DNA of 64,000 nt, taken from NCBI GenBank assembly GCA_938083015.1, contig CALKCX010000003.1, positions 83,861 to 147,860 on the forward strand. Reading direction: 5' to 3'. A model generated the notes under the pieces. The model saw only the letters and a list, made by a program, of their open reading frames with translations, had not been told where the DNA came from and did not search any database. This document shows positions 54,165 to 63,327 of this stretch, in pieces. The translations under genes and the position numbers were made by a program. How positions within the stretch are numbered: position 1 is the stretch's first letter; every line of letters begins with the position of its first letter. The stretch comes from an uncultured Candidatus Micrarchaeota archaeon (GTDB lineage Archaea > Micrarchaeota > Micrarchaeia > Anstonellales > J096).

Positions 54165-55443
54165 TAATTTTGTCTATCCATTGTCTTATCATTGTTTCTA
54201 AATATCTTAATATGTTTTTAAATTGAGTTTCATAATTATCTCCTTCTATTTCAAATTCATCTAGACGTTTAATATCACCGTTTTCTAAACTAACCGGACT
54301 ATAGATTCTAACATATTTACTACCAGCAATATGTTTAATTATTTTCTCTCTTAAACCTATTGTGTGTTCACTACCTTTCTCTCCTTCTATCCCTTCTATT
54401 ACGATTATCTTATCATATTTCTTTGCCTCTTCTTCATTCTCAGATAACCATCTTTTAAATTGATCTTTATCTATAAGCTGTTCTGAATCTTTTACAGGTT
54501 TTATCATTTCACCTTCAAAAACTGCAAATGGAAACGTAAAATAAATAGAAGCACTTTTAATATTTTTAATCAATTCTTCTCTATCAATAGGTCGTTTATA
54601 ATATGGTCTGCCCAGGCCAGTATAGGTTCTTACTACTTTTACCTTATCTTTATCTGTGAACATATATCGAACACCATTGTAATATTCTCCTTGATAAGGT
54701 ATTGTAAATGGAAGATAATCTAGACTAGGATTATACCCTATTGCATAAAAGAATGATAACACATGTTCTAATTTTGAAGCTAATCTTGACCTTGCTTGTT
54801 TCAAATCACCAGACAATAAACTAAGAATTAAATCAGGATTTGTCTCTAATCTAGGACCTTGATCATATTGTATATCTACTCTTTCTATTCCAAATACTTT
54901 TTCAAGATGTTTTATTAATAAAACGGTATTTTGATTTGCATTTCCAAATTCCATTCCTAAATTTTCACTTCTTATTGGACTATCATGACTAAGAATTTGT
55001 AATTTTCCCATATGATTGTAAGCCGATATAATTTCATTCGAGTTTCCGTTTATCGTATACTTAGTTTGAGTTAGCTTTAAATACGCTTCAAATATGGATA
55101 ATAGAACTGTTAATTTTATTATCGATTCTTCATTCAAACTCATTTCATGAAATATTTTTGCAATATCTTCTCTATTCAATATCGGACTTTCTCGATATCT
55201 CTCTTCATATTTTCTCTCAAAACTCTCTGGTATATGATATTGATTAGCGCTAGTAAAGTATTGAACACCAAATCTTATAATTACCTGATGTTCTCTTCTT
55301 AAACGATCAGCTATTAATAAGGAAGTGGCAACATTTAAAAAGGCACTATCAACATAAGCTATACGTCTCGGGCTTGGATCGTCTGTTTTTTCTATTACTG
55401 GAAAGCCTGCTCCTCCTTCAGATATTATCAATATCTTGCCCAT
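54160..55443 (-). CDS. Hypothetical protein (427 aa)
   Basis: Long uninterrupted ORF. N-terminus MGKILIISEGGAGFPVI. No family recognised. Confidence 0.6.
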   Translation of the reverse strand: MGKILIISEGGAGFPVIEKTDDPSPRRIAYVDSAFLNVATSLLIADRLRREHQVIIRFGVQYFTSANQYHIPESFERKYEERYRESPILNREDIAKIFHEMSLNEESIIKLTVLLSIFEAYLKLTQTKYTINGNSNEIISAYNHMGKLQILSHDSPIRSENLGMEFGNANQNTVLLIKHLEKVFGIERVDIQYDQGPRLETNPDLILSLLSGDLKQARSRLASKLEHVLSFFYAIGYNPSLDYLPFTIPYQGEYYNGVRYMFTDKDKVKVVRTYTGLGRPYYKRPIDREELIKNIKSASIYFTFPFAVFEGEMIKPVKDSEQLIDKDQFKRWLSENEEEAKKYDKIIVIEGIEGEKGSEHTIGLREKIIKHIAGSKYVRIYSPVSLENGDIKRLDEFEIEGDNYETQFKNILRYLETMIRQWIDKII

Positions 55444-55474
55444 TTTTACTGTTTTAAATTAATCTAAAGTGTTT

Positions 55475-56401
55475 TTAAATATATCTTTTTTTCTTCATAA
55501 TGTAAAACGAAATTATTCCACTGCCTATTATCATTATCAATGCAAAATAATAACCTAAAGGATGATTAAGTTCAGGCATATTCTCAAAATTCATTCCATA
55601 TAAACTGGCTATTACTGACATTGGTAAGAATATTGCTGAAATAGCTGATAATAGTTTAGTTGCCTCGGCAGCGCTAAAATTCATAATAAGAAGTGTCTGT
55701 GTAATAAAATTCTGTATTTTATCATCGAGAAGTTCTGCATCTTTGTTTAACATTCCCCATTTATCTAAGAGATCTTCATAGTATATTCTAGTATTCTCAT
55801 CAAATAAATCTCGTTTTATGTTTATAAACACATCTCTATAAAATTGATTCTGTTTTCTTATAATACTTAACATATCTTTTATATCGAATATTTTGAATAT
55901 GTACTTCTGGTCTAATTCTGAAATTGCTATATTAGACAATTTGCGCTCATAATTCTTGTATTTACTCTCTAAGTAATCCAATATAAATAAGTTATCAGAA
56001 ATAACATTGTCGATTATTAAGTATAATAAAAATATATTGCCAACGAATTTTTTAACAGAATATAGCTTCATAATTTTATTTAAGAATTCTAACGTATGAT
56101 CATCTACTATTAATATCAATAAATTATCTTTGATAATTAATGAAAATTGATAAGAATTTATCGTATTATTCTGTATATCTATAGAATTTAGAGATAGAGT
56201 AAGTATTTTTAAGTCATCTATATTTTCATACTTAATAATATCTTCTTGCAATACATCTTGAATAAACAAAGGTTGAATTTGAAGTTTATTTAAAACTTCA
56301 ACTATATCGTCTTCGTTTTTATTGAGAATTAATAAGTATTCGTGTTTATCATCGTATTCCTTAGTTTCTATTAGAGTTTTATCAACTTTATAGATCTTCA
56401 T
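55475..56401 (-). CDS. corA: CorA-family magnesium/cobalt transporter
   Basis: 308 aa. YGMNFENMPEL (GMN signature) between two C-terminal TM helices. Confidence 0.85.
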   Translation of the reverse strand: MKIYKVDKTLIETKEYDDKHEYLLILNKNEDDIVEVLNKLQIQPLFIQDVLQEDIIKYENIDDLKILTLSLNSIDIQNNTINSYQFSLIIKDNLLILIVDDHTLEFLNKIMKLYSVKKFVGNIFLLYLIIDNVISDNLFILDYLESKYKNYERKLSNIAISELDQKYIFKIFDIKDMLSIIRKQNQFYRDVFINIKRDLFDENTRIYYEDLLDKWGMLNKDAELLDDKIQNFITQTLLIMNFSAAEATKLLSAISAIFLPMSVIASLYGMNFENMPELNHPLGYYFALIMIIGSGIISFYIMKKKRYI

Positions 56402-56402
56402 A

Positions 56403-57764
56403 TCAATATTGCTTAGCTATGTATACAACATGTTCCGCCTTTCTACCAGATACTATACATTGACCTTCAGGTTTTTCATCTTTATCTATTCTTACTCCCC
56501 GTATCTCTGCTTTAAACTTCTCTTTTATTTCTCTATAATACTCTTCTCCTTCTTTATATATACTATAGAATGGGGCCCTGGCAATTCCCCCTATTTCTAA
56601 TATTTTGCCCACATCTTCAATAGATTTAGCATCGTATATTTTCATTTTATAATCTAAATCCTTGTCATTTAATTCTAAATATTTATCAAGACTTTCTCCT
56701 AAATCTATACGCTCTTTCTTACCAGATCTTGTGGATATTTCAATAGTATTGTTGTCTTTTTCAATTTTACCTATGATTATCTTAATAGGTACTCCTTTTT
56801 TATCCCAATAATAGAATTTATTCCCAGGAGTAATTCCATCTCTATTATCTATGTGTATTCTATATTTATTAGCGTATACATTATAGACTTTATTTACATA
56901 TTCGTCTACATCACCAATAGGTATTATTACAGCTTGATATGGGGCAATTGAAGAAGGCAATCTTAACCCAATTTCATCGGCATGTATATATATTAATGCG
57001 GCCAATATTCTATTTATACCTATTCCGAAACACGTCTGATGTACATATTTTTCATTTTCATCTCGATCTACATATTTTATATTAAATACTTTAGCGAAAT
57101 TCTCACCAAGATAATGAGTTGTAGCAATTTGCAATACTTTACCATCGGGCAATAATGTATCAATAGCATATGTCTCTACTGCTCCTGCAAATCTATCCCA
57201 ATCAGGTCTTCTAAACATTAAAAAATCCAGTTTTAACCTATCTTTTATTACATTATTAGCTATTTCTAAATCTTTATTAATTTGAGTTCTTGCATGTTCT
57301 TGATCTGGAAAAGCATCATGCGTTTCTATCCAAAGGAATTCTCTACCTCTAATCAAAGGTCTAGTAGCTTTAGTCTCATATCTCCAAACAGTTCCTGATA
57401 GATAGTATTTTACAGGTAAATCTCTCCAGCTCTTTATCCATAGAGAATACATAGGGTATATTGCTGTTTCAGAAGTAGGTCTAAGTACATATTTGTCTTG
57501 TAACTCATTTAGACCAGCTTTAGTAATCCAAAATACCTCTCCTTCAAAACCTTTGAAATGTTCACCTTCTAATCTTAAATTATTCTCAGGTATAATAGCT
57601 GGAAAATGTATTGGTAAATGTCTATCTTTTTCAAGTTGTTCTTCAAATAATTTATATAAATTTTTAATTATCATCATACCATACGGTTTTATTACTATAA
57701 ATCCCTTTGCAGGATATCTTATATCGACTATATCACCTAATTCTAGTAAAGAATCATAATCCAT
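56403..57764 (-). CDS. proS: Prolyl-tRNA synthetase (archaeal/eukaryotic type)
   Basis: 453 aa. LRPTSETAIY, RGREFLWIETH, and a C-terminal ...YIAKQY ending in Tyr. Confidence 0.9.
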   Translation of the reverse strand: MDYDSLLELGDIVDIRYPAKGFIVIKPYGMMIIKNLYKLFEEQLEKDRHLPIHFPAIIPENNLRLEGEHFKGFEGEVFWITKAGLNELQDKYVLRPTSETAIYPMYSLWIKSWRDLPVKYYLSGTVWRYETKATRPLIRGREFLWIETHDAFPDQEHARTQINKDLEIANNVIKDRLKLDFLMFRRPDWDRFAGAVETYAIDTLLPDGKVLQIATTHYLGENFAKVFNIKYVDRDENEKYVHQTCFGIGINRILAALIYIHADEIGLRLPSSIAPYQAVIIPIGDVDEYVNKVYNVYANKYRIHIDNRDGITPGNKFYYWDKKGVPIKIIIGKIEKDNNTIEISTRSGKKERIDLGESLDKYLELNDKDLDYKMKIYDAKSIEDVGKILEIGGIARAPFYSIYKEGEEYYREIKEKFKAEIRGVRIDKDEKPEGQCIVSGRKAEHVVYIAKQY

Positions 57765-58262
57765 CTATCCCACCTCGTATATACCAGTGTATCCGAAGAC
57801 TATGAAGAATAAATACTTTAAAGCTGGCGTAATAAGTAAAGTCAAAGCCAATATATATGCTGCTAATAGCATAGCTACTGCAACATTACCATTTTTTAAT
57901 TCTACAACGGTATTAAACTTACCTAAGTTTAAATACTTAAATACTTGATAAGCTATGAATATTGTAGTTATTCCTACTATTATAGTAAAACTAAATCTAA
58001 GTATATCGTAAATTAAACTTTTAATAAAATGATTTATATTGAGAACTACAAAGGATTCTCTAAAGATATCACTTAACATAATACTGGTAGATATTATTAT
58101 TGCACTTAACACAAGACCAATACTTTGATTTTTCTTCTTTACTTCTGTCATTTCTTCAATCTCTTTTGTTAATAGATCGAATATTCTTATACTTATTAAC
58201 AACATTATTAGACCGAATATAAGATTGATTAGCATCTTTAGTATTGCAAGGTATACTTCCAT
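57765..58262 (-). CDS. DUF350-like membrane protein
   Basis: 165 aa. Two repeats, the second ELKNGNVAVAMLLAAYILA, match the DUF350 pattern. Promoter geometry favours an internal start at 58235. Confidence 0.6.
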   Translation of the reverse strand: MEVYLAILKMLINLIFGLIMLLISIRIFDLLTKEIEEMTEVKKKNQSIGLVLSAIIISTSIMLSDIFRESFVVLNINHFIKSLIYDILRFSFTIIVGITTIFIAYQVFKYLNLGKFNTVVELKNGNVAVAMLLAAYILALTLLITPALKYLFFIVFGYTGIYEVG

Positions 58263-58264
58263 GC

Positions 58265-58270
58265 TTTTAA
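58265..58270 (-). promoter_or_regulatory. TTTTAA box within repeated GCTTTTAAT motif, copy 1
   Basis: Predicts a TSS near 58242, upstream of the internal ATG at 58235 of the DUF350 gene. Confidence 0.4.
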
Positions 58271-58334
58271 TACTATCCTTAAGTTTTTATGTTTTTGTTT
58301 TAGCTTTTTCTTTAAGATCTATAAAAAGTTTAGT

Positions 58335-58556
58335 TCACGATGACTTGTATGAAAAATATTCAACTACTCGAAGAAATACCCAAATTAATATTGCGACAAT
58401 TGATAACATAATTACAATTATAAAAGCTTTTTTTAATCCCGGATCGGGCATTAAAAACTTTATCACAATTGCCCCTATAGCCATTATTAAGAAAAGCAGA
58501 ATAAAAACAATAAATATAAAGATCATATCATTAATTATCAAACTAACAGGCACCAT
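58335..58556 (-). CDS. Small two-TM membrane protein (73 aa)
   Basis: Hydrophobic ORF. The box in the TAGCTTTTAAT motif (58579-58584) is centred exactly 25.5 nt upstream of its ATG. Confidence 0.55.
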   Translation of the reverse strand: MVPVSLIINDMIFIFIVFILLFLIMAIGAIVIKFLMPDPGLKKAFIIVIMLSIVAILIWVFLRVVEYFSYKSS

Positions 58557-58578
58557 ATAGTTATGATATAATTTTAGC

Positions 58579-58584
58579 TTTTAA
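58579..58584 (-). promoter_or_regulatory. TTTTAA box within repeated GCTTTTAAT motif, copy 2
   Basis: Centre is 25.5 nt upstream of the ATG at 58556. Confidence 0.5.
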
Positions 58585-58640
58585 TATTTTTTATTTTCAA
58601 ATCTAAATTGCTTAAAATGCTAAAAATCTATTGTAAGGTA

Positions 58641-58763
58641 TCAAGAGAAGGTGTTTAAAAGGAACACTATTATAATAGGAAGGGTGAATATTAAGAAAAC
58701 TACTAATGATATAATGAATATAATTAACATTATATCTGGCGATTCAGAACTTTCTTCGTCCAT
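58641..58763 (-). CDS. Micro-ORF encoding a 40-aa single-TM peptide (MDEESSESPDIMLIIFIISLVVFLIFTLPIIIVFLLNTFS)
   Basis: Translated by hand and below the ORF-track cutoff. An acidic N-terminus followed by a hydrophobic helix. Promoter box is centred exactly 25.5 nt upstream. Confidence 0.45.
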   Translation of the reverse strand: MDEESSESPDIMLIIFIISLVVFLIFTLPIIIVFLLNTFS

Positions 58764-58785
58764 ATTTTATAATATGACTTTAGCT

Positions 58786-58791
58786 TTTTAA
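58786..58791 (-). promoter_or_regulatory. TTTTAA box within repeated GCTTTTTAAT motif, copy 3
   Basis: Centre is 25.5 nt upstream of the ATG at 58763. Confidence 0.5.
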
Positions 58792-58958
58792 TACTATTTT
58801 AATAGCTTTATCTTATCGTCAAAATAATATCAATTATCTTTATAACAATTATTATAACAACTATAGCAACCACCAATTCTAATATATTTTTCACAAAATC
58901 CGTTTTCCATTCATGTTTTTAGTATGTTTTTTATTTTTTATTCTTTCTAATAACAAAC

Positions 58959-59900
58959 ATGTTTAAATTCCAAGCTAAACAAGAGATAAAAGACAGATAT
59001 GATGTGGTAATCATAGGAGGGGGGCCTGCAGGAGTAGCTGCAGCAATATACGCTAAAAGATCTGGAGCTAATACTTTGATAATCGATGCTAATAAGATAG
59101 GTGGTAATATTCTAAACACATGGTTAGTAGAAAACTATCCTGGTTTTAAATCAATATCTGGTCAAGAATTAGGTCAAAAATTTAAAGATCAATTATTATA
59201 TTTGGGCGTAGATATTTTAGAGCATTCTCCTGTTAGAAGTGTTGATTTGAAAGCTAAGAAGATTGAAACATATGATAAAACAATATTTTCTTCATCTATA
59301 GTATTGGCAATGGGGATAAAATCTAAAAAATTAGGTGTGCCTGGAGAAGATAGATTTTTTGGTAAAGGCGTATCTACATGTGCTATATGTGATGCACCGT
59401 TTTATAAAAATAAGATTGTTGCTGTTGTTGGTGGTGGAGATTCAGCTATAAAAGAAGGTATTTTCATATCAGATTTTTCTAAGAAAATGTATTTAATTCA
59501 TAGACGAGATACTTTTAGGGCAGAGCAAGCTAATATAGATAGGTTAAAGACTAAGGATAATGTAGAATTTATATTGAATTCTGTAGTAGAAGAAATATAC
59601 GGAGATGATCAAGTTCAAGGTGTGAAAATTAGAAATCTAATAACAAATCAAGTTACAGATTTAAAAATAGATGGCCTATTCGTATTTATAGGGTATTCCC
59701 CGAATGTTGAAATAGTAAAAGGACAAGTAGAATTAAAAGACGATTATATTGTTACCGATCAGAATTATCAGACTAATATAGAAGGAGTGTTTGCTGCAGG
59801 AGACATTAGATATGGATCTTTTAAACAGCTTATCAACGCTTTATCAGAAGGAGCTATAGCAGGTTACAATGCAGCACATTATTCACAAAAATTTAAATAA
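58959..59900 (+). CDS. trxB: Thioredoxin reductase
   Basis: 313 aa. VVIIGGGPAGVAAAIYA, redox CAICDA, VVGGGDSAIKEG and a C-terminal GD motif (FAAGDI). Confidence 0.9.
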   Translation: MFKFQAKQEIKDRYDVVIIGGGPAGVAAAIYAKRSGANTLIIDANKIGGNILNTWLVENYPGFKSISGQELGQKFKDQLLYLGVDILEHSPVRSVDLKAKKIETYDKTIFSSSIVLAMGIKSKKLGVPGEDRFFGKGVSTCAICDAPFYKNKIVAVVGGGDSAIKEGIFISDFSKKMYLIHRRDTFRAEQANIDRLKTKDNVEFILNSVVEEIYGDDQVQGVKIRNLITNQVTDLKIDGLFVFIGYSPNVEIVKGQVELKDDYIVTDQNYQTNIEGVFAAGDIRYGSFKQLINALSEGAIAGYNAAHYSQKFK

Positions 59901-60547
59901 TCTAATACAGGTTCTAAATCGCTTAGTATACCAAGTTTAGATAGAAGTCGTCTATCTATACATATAATACTTAATTTATACTCACCACCTATTACTCGAT
60001 AATAGGCAAGTTGTCTATCATAATGTTCAGATAATACTACAAATCTACCTTCTTTACAATCTAAACACATTGTCCCGTTATCGAAATCTATTTTTACTAT
60101 TTTATCTAATAATACTCGATTAGCTAAGGATCCGTCTCCTAAATGTCTTATAATACCATTAGTATACTTTATGTATTCTAAAGAATTTAGAGATTCTATT
60201 GGTATAATCACCGTTCTCGTATGTTTAGATATACACATGTCTTTATGTTTATAGAATTTTATCACCTTGGCAAGAAGCGCAATATGATTTTCTTTAATAA
60301 GTATTTTAATCATTTCTATTAAAATCTTAGTCTTAGGAGATCTAACTGTACGTGACAATACATCTAGACCATTGTATATACTATAAAGAGTATTAGCATA
60401 TAATAACAGATGATTTATAAAATTATATTCATGAATATATAGACAGCTTTTAATATAGCTAATAATAGTAATATTTGGTTGATCGATCTTAGGTAATGAA
60501 ATTAAACTAAGTATGATTATCAAATATAAAAATAGATAATGTATCAT
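59879..60547 (-). CDS. Hypothetical protein (222 aa) with an N-terminal hydrophobic segment
   Basis: ORF coupled (ATGA) to the upstream NfeD gene. No family recognised. Confidence 0.5.
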   Translation of the reverse strand: MIHYLFLYLIIILSLISLPKIDQPNITIISYIKSCLYIHEYNFINHLLLYANTLYSIYNGLDVLSRTVRSPKTKILIEMIKILIKENHIALLAKVIKFYKHKDMCISKHTRTVIIPIESLNSLEYIKYTNGIIRHLGDGSLANRVLLDKIVKIDFDNGTMCLDCKEGRFVVLSEHYDRQLAYYRVIGGEYKLSIICIDRRLLSKLGILSDLEPVLDYLNFCE

Positions 60548-60993
60548 TCATCCTTAGTTACTATCAATATATTGCCCTCTATTTTATCTATGTTTACATT
60601 ATCACCAATCTCTAGTTTTTGTTTAGATTCTGCAATCCATTCTACACCACCAACGTCTACAACATATCTATTTTGATCTAATATTTTCTTTATCTTGCCT
60701 TTGTTTGATCTTATACCAAAAAGCTTTTTATCATCAAAATTTACATCTACTTTTTCATCTCCTTTGTATAATGTTGTTATATATCTAAAATAAATATACG
60801 AAGGTATTAGACCGAATAGTAATGAAATTCCTAAATTAAAACTAATGTCAAGGCCTAGATTAGACATTATGAAATATAAAACAGAGGCACTTAACATCCA
60901 TACGCCTAAAAAACCTAAGAATACGGTGTTTAATAAGAATATATCTATTAAAAATATAATAATGCCTATTATCAATAATATGTATTCGAACAT
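60544..60993 (-). CDS. NfeD-family membrane protein (short form)
   Basis: 149 aa. N-terminal TM helices and a C-terminal OB-like GKIKKILDQNRYVVDVGGVEWIAES...GDNVNIDKIEGNILIV. Immediately downstream of the stomatin gene. Confidence 0.8.
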   Translation of the reverse strand: MFEYILLIIGIIIFLIDIFLLNTVFLGFLGVWMLSASVLYFIMSNLGLDISFNLGISLLFGLIPSYIYFRYITTLYKGDEKVDVNFDDKKLFGIRSNKGKIKKILDQNRYVVDVGGVEWIAESKQKLEIGDNVNIDKIEGNILIVTKDE

Positions 60994-61962
60994 TTACTTA
61001 TCTTTATCACTCTTTAAGTATTCTGCTGCTAATACTAATGAACTAACCTGTTGAGCAGATTCGTATGGAATTACTATTGATTTAGAATTATTTGCCAATT
61101 CTGGTAGTTTATTGTAATAAGTATATAATAACAATTCTTTACCACCTTTCTTCTCAAGTTGTTCTCTTATCATTTCCATAACTTTAGCTTCACTTTCTCC
61201 AATCAACATCCTTGCCCTTGCCTCTGCTTGAGCTTTCATCTCAATACCTCTTGCCTCTGCCTGCATTCTTAAAACATAAGAATTAGCTTCTGCCTCTGCC
61301 TTTAATACTGTTGATCTTGCATCTCCTTCTGCTCTTAATATATTTGATTGTTTATAACCTTCTGCTCTTAATATTGCATCCTGTCTATCGGCCTCTGCTA
61401 AGGTAATCTTTGCTCTCTTTTCTCTCTCTGCAGTCATCTGTTGTGCCATTGCCTCTTGTATCTTAGGAGGAGGATCTATTCTCTTAACTTCTACTTTAGT
61501 AATCTTCACCCCCCATTTATCGGTTTCTATATCTAATGTTTCTCTCATTCTAGCATTCAATGATTCTCTAGCAGATAATAATTGATCTAATTCTAATTCA
61601 CCTATTCTAGCTCTTAGAGTAGTCTGAGCAAGTTGAGATATAGCTAGTATAACATCGCTTACACCGAATACTGCTTTTTCTGGATCTGTTATTTGATAGT
61701 ATACTACTGCATCTACTAAAACATTTACATTATCTTTGGTAATCACTTCTTGTGGTCTAATATCTATTAGAGATTCTCTTAGATCTACTTTTATTATACT
61801 TTCTAAGATAGGTACTATTATGTGTACTCCTGGTCCAAGTTTTGATACATATCTACCTAATCTCATCTTTAGTCCTAATTCAGACTGGTTTATCACAACT
61901 ATTGGTCTAAATACTATTATTAGTATAATTAAGACTATAAACAACCAGAATAGAAAGCTCAT
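60994..61962 (-). CDS. SPFH/band-7 (stomatin/prohibitin-like) protein
   Basis: 322 aa. TM anchor, an SPFH core (..VITKDNVNVLVDAVVYYQITDP..TLRARIGELELDQLL..) and an Ala/Glu-rich coiled tail. Confidence 0.9.
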   Translation of the reverse strand: MSFLFWLFIVLIILIIVFRPIVVINQSELGLKMRLGRYVSKLGPGVHIIVPILESIIKVDLRESLIDIRPQEVITKDNVNVLVDAVVYYQITDPEKAVFGVSDVILAISQLAQTTLRARIGELELDQLLSARESLNARMRETLDIETDKWGVKITKVEVKRIDPPPKIQEAMAQQMTAEREKRAKITLAEADRQDAILRAEGYKQSNILRAEGDARSTVLKAEAEANSYVLRMQAEARGIEMKAQAEARARMLIGESEAKVMEMIREQLEKKGGKELLLYTYYNKLPELANNSKSIVIPYESAQQVSSLVLAAEYLKSDKDK

Positions 61963-61964
61963 GG

Positions 61965-62615
61965 TCAGAAACTAAATGTGTTAACGTCTTCTTCAAGCTC
62001 TATATAGCTTCTTGCTTGATCTTTATCTATTTTTATCTCAGGAAATGTATCGTAATGTACTCCAACATATCGTTTAGATCTTAACAATTCTCTTACAACA
62101 TCCATATCTTCGTAACTCATAGTAAATCTACCACCTATAGGAAGTATAGCTAAATCAAGATTTGGATAGATCTTTGATATAACTTCAAAATCCTTCATCA
62201 CAGCTGTATCACCAGCATGATATATTGAATGTTTACCGTCACTTATTACATATGTAACAGGTATTCCAAATGGACAAGTATGAATAGCAGGAAACATGTG
62301 TATTTTTAAATTTCCATCTTTAATATATCCACCCACATTCATAGGCAATACTGCAATTGCTCCTCTTTTTTTAGCTTCTTGAGTTAATTCAATAGTACCG
62401 ACGAGTTTTACACCTTTTTTAGATATTGCAATAGCTTCATCAAAACCATGATCATGATGACCATGAGTTAATAGAACATAATCTAAAGACATTTTAAATA
62501 CCTGTTCTAAGTTTACAGTTGCTCTAGTATTACCGTTTATCCAAGGATCTATGATAAGTTTTTTTCCATCAGCTTCTACATATACCATAGAATGACCTAA
62601 TAGTTTTACTATCAT
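61965..62615 (-). CDS. Metal-dependent hydrolase, beta-lactamase fold (UPF0173-like)
   Basis: 216 aa from the ATG at 62615 (MIVKLLGHSMVYVE...LLTHGHHDH). The box at 62638-62643 is centred 25.5 nt upstream. The longer track ORF would run through tRNA-Ser. Confidence 0.8.
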   Translation of the reverse strand: MIVKLLGHSMVYVEADGKKLIIDPWINGNTRATVNLEQVFKMSLDYVLLTHGHHDHGFDEAIAISKKGVKLVGTIELTQEAKKRGAIAVLPMNVGGYIKDGNLKIHMFPAIHTCPFGIPVTYVISDGKHSIYHAGDTAVMKDFEVISKIYPNLDLAILPIGGRFTMSYEDMDVVRELLRSKRYVGVHYDTFPEIKIDKDQARSYIELEEDVNTFSF

Positions 62616-62637
62616 AATTATCATAAGTAACAATATG

Positions 62638-62643
62638 TTTAAA
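62638..62643 (-). promoter_or_regulatory. TTTAAA box for the hydrolase/stomatin/nfeD operon
   Basis: Centre is 25.5 nt upstream of the ATG at 62615. Confidence 0.55.
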
Positions 62644-62658
62644 AAGATTTTGGAAATA

Positions 62659-62743
62659 CGCCGAGGGTGGGATTTGAACCCACAAACCCTTACGGGAACC
62701 AGCTCTCCAGGCTGGCGCGTTGACCTGGTTCCGCCACCTCGGC
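62659..62743 (-). tRNA. tRNA-Ser(GGA)
   Basis: Hand-folded. Acceptor GCCGAGG/CCTCGGC, anticodon stem CCAGC/GCTGG with loop CT-GGA-GA, long variable arm, T-arm GTGGG-TTCAAAT-CCCAC, discriminator G, no CCA. Confidence 0.85.
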
Positions 62744-62764
62744 AATTTAAATTTTTCAATCATT

Positions 62765-62770
62765 TTTAAA
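62765..62770 (-). promoter_or_regulatory. TTTAAA box for tRNA-Ser
   Basis: Centre is 24.5 nt upstream of tRNA +1 (62743). Overlaps the stop codon of the TrkA-like gene. Confidence 0.5.
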
Positions 62771-63314
62771 ATCTAGCTACTATTATCGTATCTTCAGGTT
62801 GTATTATATATTCGGGGTTTTTAATAATCTCTGTTTTTTTATTTATTACAAATAGACTGTTTTTCAATTCAGCTAATCTCTTACCAGCATAGTTCTTTCC
62901 ACCTATAACATCTAGTTTATTCATAAATATTGCATTGTATAAAGGCTCTTTAAAACTTCTCAATATTATATTTTTGGCAATCTCTGTTTTTGACAATGCC
63001 TTTACCCCTATTTTTTCCATAATACCTTTATAAGTATCATCTTCTACATAGCATATTACGTTTTTAACTCCTTTTGATAGAGAAAGAATAGATAACATAA
63101 CATTTGCACTGGTATTATCGGAAATGAAAAAAGCTATATCAAAATCCATTTCTATTTCTTGAATCATCTTCATATCCACATATTCTAATTCATAGCTTTC
63201 TGCTATAGATTCCATAAGTTCCACATCTTCATCGCTAATTATTATCTGATGATCTCGAAATACATTAATTATGTATTCTCCTATCTGGTTTAGTCCAAAT
63301 ACAAAGATCTTCAT
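62766..63314 (-). CDS. trkA: TrkA/RCK-like K+ transport regulatory protein (tentative)
   Basis: 182 aa. N-terminal Rossmann-like MKIFVFGLNQIGEYI and a C-terminal TrkA_C-like segment (..IIQPEDTIIVARF). Adjacent to the TrkH-like gene. Confidence 0.55.
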   Translation of the reverse strand: MKIFVFGLNQIGEYIINVFRDHQIIISDEDVELMESIAESYELEYVDMKMIQEIEMDFDIAFFISDNTSANVMLSILSLSKGVKNVICYVEDDTYKGIMEKIGVKALSKTEIAKNIILRSFKEPLYNAIFMNKLDVIGGKNYAGKRLAELKNSLFVINKKTEIIKNPEYIIQPEDTIIVARF

Positions 63315-63327
63315 GATATTATAAATA

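Noticed and set aside
58225-58560. Plus-strand 111-aa ORF overlapping the minus-strand 73-aa ORF.
   Set aside because: The minus-strand ORF has a promoter box at exactly the canonical distance and a clean two-TM topology. The plus-strand ORF starts inside the DUF350 gene and has no such support.
58808-58913. Possible 28-codon GTG-initiated hydrophobic ORF (58894-58808), preceded by a 7-codon ATG mini-ORF (58913-58890) whose stop overlaps the GTG start (GTGA at 58894-58891).
   Set aside because: There is no TTTAAA-type box at the expected distance for either start. It is too short and too low in complexity to support from sequence alone.
62616-62763. N-terminal extension of the hydrolase ORF (61965-62759) and the small ORF 62569-62763.
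   Set aside because: The extension reads through tRNA-Ser(GGA). The family-typical N-terminus MIVKLLGHS starts at 62615, and a TTTAAA box is centred 25.5 nt upstream of that ATG.
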